A stretch of DNA of 64,000 nt from Octopus vulgaris. Lineage: Eukaryota. Positions 56,991 to 64,000 of the stretch are shown here, piece by piece. Numbering within the stretch: the stretch's first letter is position 1; the number at the start of each line of letters is the position of its first letter. The stretch lies in NCBI GenBank assembly GCA_951406725.2, contig OX597816.1, forward strand, positions 94,178,001 through 94,242,000, read 5' to 3'. The notes under the pieces were generated by a model that was not told where the DNA came from, searched no databases, and worked only from the letters and a program-made list of their open reading frames with translations. Made by a program: the position numbers and the translations under genes.

Positions 56991-57899
56991 AAAGGAATTA
57001 TTCTTTCAACAGACTCGTTCCCCATCGACTCCACTTTAAACTATAAAGATCGCCCACAAATTAAGTACTTGTATATTTTATTAGAGTGGTTTTTTTACTG
57101 ATTCACATGCAGTCAACATAAACAAGGCATATAGTTAAGTGTAGCCGTTTATCTTAGCAACAACTACAAAAATATACAATGAAAGAAGTAATGGATATAA
57201 ATGATGTCCAATGATACTTCAACACCACTATAAACACCCATCCCCCTCATACAGGCTACACTAGAAACAACTATAACTAGAGTCAACTTCCAACGACAAG
57301 GAATAGCTGATCAGAATAACCAACTATCAAGCCACAAGGACGATACCAACACATAGTAAGAGGGGTCACTGGTCAAGGAAGTTAGAAATCGTAGACGTTC
57401 TACAAGCAAACATGACATGCTCTGGTTAAAACTTCCCGGTGGGCGGTGTTTCAATTGGCTTTTATTTTTTATAATGCTGAATACATAGAGAATGGTGGTG
57501 AGTACATAGATAAAAGAAATTGGGACTGATATTAATAAAAACGATACTATTGCTACTGATACACTTCAAAACATTAGTATTAATATTGTAGATACGTCTA
57601 TGTGACGAAGATATTTGCGTTGGAACACTAGGGTTCTTGGTTCAATCACAGACCAATACCTCCTCAGTGGAATTTGGTAGACGGAAAGTGTCTAGATCTA
57701 TAGATCTTTTGTGTGTGTGTGTGTGTGTGTGTTTGCAAGAAATTTTGCTATGACGGCCTCTTTCCACTATTGACTGCAAACCACCAATTAGTTTATAGTT
57801 GTGTTTATGCCAGAAACACAAGTTCATGTCGTGTTCCAAGCAAATTATTTAAATATTTTATATCTGTATATGTCTAAATATATACATACGTTCGTGTGA

Positions 57900-57900
<1 letters not shown>

Positions 57901-57942
<42 letters not shown>

Positions 57943-57948
57943 CATACA

Positions 57949-57982
<34 letters not shown>

Positions 57983-57986
57983 CATA

Positions 57987-58075
<89 letters not shown>

Positions 58076-58257
58076 GCTATATAAATGAGAGTGTATGTGT
58101 GTATGTATATGTGTAAAACCCCGAAAGTCTCTGAAATGGTGCGTCCTCGAGAAAAACGGATTTGGTTTTTAAAATCTGGGTCCCAAAGAGAAAGTTCTCG
58201 GTAAATAATAATCAAAAATATATAATTTCCTTCTCTCTATCTGTCACATCTGTGTAT

Positions 58258-58337
<80 letters not shown>
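57901..58337. repeat. Microsatellite cluster (TA, TACA, CA, CT)
   Basis: Direct reading. Confidence 0.9.
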
Positions 58338-58341
<4 letters not shown>

Positions 58342-58678
58342 GTATAATGTAATCGCTGTAATGTATTTGTTTCTATTTTGTGATACACAGCTATTCCGCA
58401 GAAAATGAGAGCTTCCAAATCTTGTTTTCTGATAGGACAAAAATTATCAAACTTCAAATGTCTGTAATATTTTGTGAAAATTATTCTGGAATAAATTAAT
58501 TACAAAATTGGATCCAGAGTGAAATATTACATCAATATACCAAATTTGAAATTTTTCACTTATATGTGTAATAACAATATTTGTAGTAACAATATGCGTG
58601 GCAAGAACAGAAAAGATCCCATCTCTATCTGTGTCTCTGTCTTTTACGCTTTTTTCATTGTAAGCTTCCCCCTCTCTC

Positions 58679-58709
<31 letters not shown>

Positions 58710-58712
58710 TTA

Positions 58713-58751
<39 letters not shown>

Positions 58752-58752
<1 letters not shown>

Positions 58753-59156
58753 TCTTTACTCTTTTACTCTTTTACTTGTTTCAGTCATTTGACTGCGGCC
58801 ATGCTGGAGCACCGCCTTTAATCGAGCAACTCGACCCCGGGACTTATTCTTTTGTAAGCCCAGTACTTATTCTATCGGTCTCTTTTGCCGAACCGCTAAG
58901 TAACGGAGACATAAACACACCAGCATCGGTTGTCAAGCAATGCTACGGGGACAAACACAGACGCACAAACACACACACGCATATATATATATATACATAT
59001 ATACGACGGGCTTCTTTCAGTTTCCGTCTACCAAATCCACTCACAAGGCTTTGGTCGGCCCGAGACTATAGTAGAAGACACTTGCCCAAGGTGCCACGCA
59101 GTGGGACTGAAGTCGGAACCATGTGGTTGGTAAACAAGCTACTTACCACACAGCCA
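58752..59156 (-). mobile_element. tRNA-derived CORE-like SINE family B, near full length (others at ~15117, 15705, 32115, 41895, 44518, 49590, 49900, 57630)
   Basis: GGCTGTGTGGTAAG head, GGTTCCG..TTCAGTCCC, CCTTGGGCAAGTGTCTTC, internal TA/CA repeats, GTAAAAGA tail. Confidence 0.85.
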
Positions 59157-59197
59157 ATATATATATATATATTTACCACACTCTCTCTCAGTCTTTC

Positions 59198-59838
59198 TCT
59201 ATACATGTATATTTCTCACGCTGAGTGTGTGTACATGTATGTGTGTGTATGCATGTGTATAAGGAGTTCCATTAGGGCGGCAAAGTCGAAAGACCATGAA
59301 AATGCCTCAGCGGCGAGCTCAGGAGACGCAGAAGGAATAGACTTGATGATATACAAACACCACCCTCCGTCGCTCGGTCTCGGGAGACAGCCGAGCATAG
59401 GACGCATCGATTAGATGAAAATCGTACAAGAGTCTCCGTCGCACAAATTCAGGAGACGATGTCCCATTTCATTTCAAACGACTTCAATTTTCAGTGAGTC
59501 TTAGTTTTATCATGACCATCAACAAATAGCAAAGGCAAGCATTTTCGGTTGCTAGTTTACACCTTGAAGATTCCCGCTTCGCCCACGGTCAGCCTTACGT
59601 TGGATGTTCAAGAGTAGGAAGTAAGAAAAATATTTCTATCCATGTACCATATAGAAAAGTAAAAAAAAAAAAATTCGTTCATCGTGACATTATAAATTGT
59701 CCCAAATTATACAGACAACCGTCCTGGTCGAGAGGCCTATCCGTCGGAGAAGGCATGGTGTGACATGGAATAAAAAAGAATTGAAACGAAGACATTCTAG
59801 TGCGAAAATTGTCCGGTAACGACGTACTGCACAGCTAG
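59198..59838 (+). mobile_element. Non-autonomous Helitron carrying the Pif1-helicase C-terminus
   Basis: PFHFKRLQFSVSLSFIMTINK*Q...FAHGQPYVGCSRVG at 59460-59700; TC-starting 5' end, weak hairpin then CTAG|T. Confidence 0.8.
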
Positions 59839-60097
59839 TATATAGTAGGCAAAAAATGTCAAAGGACATATCGATAACAGGTACACACAATGGGTGTTTA
59901 GACTAAAGCAAGTATCAGAATCTCTGACATCACGTTCAGGGATACAGGATACACTGAAATAAGAGATGGCTGTCGGTCATCTAGTGGTCGAGGTGATGTA
60001 GATATAATAGAACAAAATATGAACAGACAGATGCAAGGTATCAAATTAATTTATAACATATTTATAAAATATACTGAAGAAAGAACAAATGTGTGTG

Positions 60098-60148
<51 letters not shown>

Positions 60149-60509
60149 GGAAATCAGGAAAGATTCGGATGTTGAAAGTTCGTTGTGATTCGGTGCAGAT
60201 GGGACCACTCCAGGATAAGGAACAAAAGAATTTAAATGGTCCTTAGAGTTGATTTGATCTAGATAGATAAGTAAAATCCATGGAATCACCGAAGAAAAGC
60301 TCGCAAGTGGTGTCCAGGAAAGGTGGATTTTGTTTTATAAATTCGTTATAAATTGACTTGATATACCTCGAAACCGCAACTGCATGTTCATATTTTGTTA
60401 TATATATACATTCATCTGCAGGAGATGGTTTGTCATCCCATAGCACTGGTGTTTACATCCAGTTTAGTTTAACATGCTGGTTAAATATGTTAGCATCAAA
60501 GTAGAGGTA

Positions 60510-60690
<181 letters not shown>

Positions 60691-61914
60691 AGAGAGAGAA
60701 AGAGAAAGGAAAAGCTTTTGAATATTCCTTTTCCAATAGAACAGGCTATGCTTGTATTGTCAACAGTGGCGGCTCGTGTATAAGCACAGTTATCGATAAC
60801 ATTCAATATAATGAGTCTTTTTTCTTTAATTCTTTCTTTATACTTGTACATTATGTAATCCTTAAGCTTAATGTCAGTAGCCATACCCTAGTTTATGAAA
60901 AAAATGCGAAAATCCTTGTATAGAAGTGAGCGCTTCACAGTTTGGTATAGAAGTGAGCGCTTCTCACATGTCCGAGATAGGAAGCTTCACACTAGGGAGA
61001 AAGAGTACTGCGTTAACGACAGTGCCAGGTGAAAGGTAGTGCTTCTTTTTTGACTCCGCGTGTGTTGTGATTAATAACGTGATTATATTCTTGAATGTGA
61101 TAAAATGTAGAATTAGATTATTATCCTGCTTCTAGCTGCAGTGTTGCTGCCAGGATTTGAAAAATAGGGCAGATTTTCCTCACTTATTTTGTGATTTAGT
61201 GGGGAGATTTGAAAAACAAGGGGGAATTCTCGGCAGTGTTCAGTGAACAAATTAAACACACTACCCGACAGTGGCTAAAACACGAACCGATCAAGTTTAT
61301 GTATAAATTTTCTTTTTATATGTTTGTTTCCTTTTACACAATATTAAAACAATGGCTAAAAATTTTATCTACGAACCGCCACTGCTGGTGATATACACTG
61401 AGATTCTGGTCACATGGTGTTTAATATCAAACCAACAATGCGGTTCTGAATTTCTAATTTCTTGCAGAGAGTGAAGTTAATTAAAATAGCTAATAGCCTT
61501 ATAATACATTCTTATCTTATTTCACATCACGACTTTAGTAGTTTAAACGCGTAAATATGCTTTTGTGTACAGAATTTAACTGCTCTACTCTGTTGCTAAA
61601 TGACTAATTTCTTAACGGTTAGCAAACTAGCAGCAAACACGGTAATTATTTCACCCTAACGTGATCTATGACCTCGAAGTGAGGTACAACGAGGTCATTC
61701 AATTGTTTTCTTTATTTGAAAGAAGATGGTTGTAATGTAATCGTGCTTTTATGCATCAGGCATTCTTTTCTGTCTGCCAAATTAGTTTTAGTTATGGCTT
61801 TGGAAAGTTTCCCCCAAGGTTAAATATACAAATTAATGTATAACATATTTAGGGCAGAGAACATTTTTAAAATGATTAAAAATTATTCTCTGAAAGGAAA
61901 GAAAAGTAATATTC

Positions 61915-62120
61915 TTTTCTACTCTAGGCCCGAAATTTTCAGGGAGGGGGCCAATCGATTAAACCGGCCCTAGTACGCAACTAGTATTTAATTTGTCGAC
62001 CCCGAAAGGATGAAATGCAAAGTCGACCTCAGTAGAAACTGAACTTAGAACGTAAAGAGAGACGAAATGCTGTTTAACATTTCGCCCGGCGTGTTAACGT
62101 TTCTACCAGCTCGCCGCCTT
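61915..62120 (-). mobile_element. SINE family A copy
   Basis: Reverse-complement match to 47647-47800. Confidence 0.8.
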
Positions 62121-63107
62121 GGAAAGAAAAGCAATATTAGCTAATGACTAATATCATTTTAATTATTTTGGTTCTTTCCAGTCACTCGCACTGGCAGTCA
62201 TTCACTTAGGCTGTCACTCTTACAGTAATTTTGTGAATGTTTATGAGTTTTGTGAATGTTTATGAGTTTGTATATCAGGATTGATCCTTCACCTGAGGCA
62301 CTCAGGTACCTATTATTTTCCATTGTATCTTATTTTTTATTCTTTTACTATTCATTTTTTACAGTTTCTATTTAAGACCCTTACTCTAAGTTCTTTTTCG
62401 TCAGGTGGTCTTAGTAGCGCAAACAAGGTGAGCTATATTTCGTTTATACAGACGTTGACCTCGTAATCTTTCAGCTTTCCTGCCCATTTTATCTCTCTTT
62501 GAATTATTACAACGGAAGATAACTCAGGACATGCTTCTTTCTCGAGAACTCCTCGCCAAAGCATAGACTTCACCAACCATTAAAGCAATTATGACATAAT
62601 CACTAATTAGATGTACGACATTGTACAAGTGTAGGAGTGAAAATTAGCGTATTTTAAGTAATAAATCAGTGCGATAGTAATGGACTACATGTTTTAATAT
62701 TCAAGGGCAGAAAGCTCTTTTGTATCGGACTTGGCATCAGGAGTTCAGAAAATGCATAGGGGTGTAAAATACTAGACCTTTTAAAAGGAAAGCATTCATT
62801 TTACTGTGTTAGCAAAGCTCCGAGTCTTGAAGCAAAGCTCCAAGTCCTGAGTGCATCCTACAGGGTGCTGTTGCGGCAGCAATCTGTCTTCTGTGATGAC
62901 CCATATCTCTTACACAGGCCCTTCACAGACGTTTCTTGTCTGTTACAATCTATGCGTGTACTTTTATGCACCAAGTGCGTATATGAGACGTTCTCTCAAG
63001 GAGGCTAATAATGCAGTATTTGGTGAATATATATATACATACACACATACACACACACAGACACACACACACACACACACACTCACACACACAGACACAC
63101 ACACACT

Positions 63108-63138
<31 letters not shown>

Positions 63139-64000
63139 TATATTAATATTAGGGAAGTTATTTCCGAGTCCACAGAGGAGAGGAGTTCAATTTAGTGGTA
63201 CTAAAATGAATTACTCACTGTATTATATACATATATATAGATAGGTTTAAGAGACAGAATTACCCTCAAGCAACTCAATCATCATTGAACGACATTATCC
63301 ACGATAGGTTCATATAGGACTAAATATTAAAATTATCAAAATTAATACCTTCAATTCTTATTCTAAATCATATACTTTACTTTATATAGACTACGCGCGT
63401 TTCATGACAACAAATTCCTCGATATTGCTGAAATAGAAGGTCTCAAAATATTAAAACGATTCTATTGCCAATCTTCAGGTCTAGATTATATGAACTTATT
63501 TTGCTATTTACATCCTATATAAAGACATGCCAAACTAAAATTATATAGCTAGTAGTTGTTGGAATAATTTTACTTTAGTAAATAATGAACAGTAGCTCTC
63601 AGTGTTGGATTATACGATTGCTTCATTTGGTTAGCCATGTTTAATTCGCGGAGAGAAAATTACCACGCAGATAAGTTAACATTTCTTTTTATTAACATTT
63701 CTTGTTCCTACTTTTATTCCACGACACACCTAATTATAAAGTTCTACATGCATGACTCACTCAGTTCTCAACAATGTCAAAACACCAAATTTAATCTATA
63801 AAAATCTTATAGAAAACCTTTCCATCATGACCTACACTGCAACATAATTATCATTCAGTAGTACATCACTTTCTCCAGAATATTTTAACTTAAGACAGAG
63901 TATATAAACCAAGATGAAGTCAAATGTACTAGAGTCTGATGATGGCTTAGCAAGCTAAATATTCGAAGTCACTGTCAATACTATTCTTGTTCAAGAATAA

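Noticed and set aside
58776-59414. 212-aa ORF
   Set aside because: Chance read-through of a SINE into a Helitron.

Overview
AT-rich, microsatellite-dense animal DNA. The SINE, LINE and MITE families resemble those of octopus (coleoid cephalopod) genomes; this is an inference, no search was run. Most ORFs in the supplied track are microsatellite or TE artefacts. Reading splice sites by hand gives one minus-strand gene of about 17 coding exons spanning 43404 to 634 (~491 aa), with consistent phases at every junction. It encodes a coiled-coil protein with YPWG and WGRPGGGAP motifs of the CSPP1/CCDC66 type. The gene has a GC-AG intron, a 9-nt microexon, a decayed duplicate of one exon, and an exon whose acceptor abuts an (AAT)n tract carrying a 2.6-kb R4/Dong-like LINE. 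The rest is TE debris: Dong/R4, CR1-like, RTE and Penelope (with a hammerhead ribozyme) retroelements, Tc1/mariner, Helitron, hAT and piggyBac-like MITEs, a Gypsy fragment and tRNA-derived SINEs. No prokaryotic-type systems, CRISPR arrays, rRNA or tRNA genes were seen.
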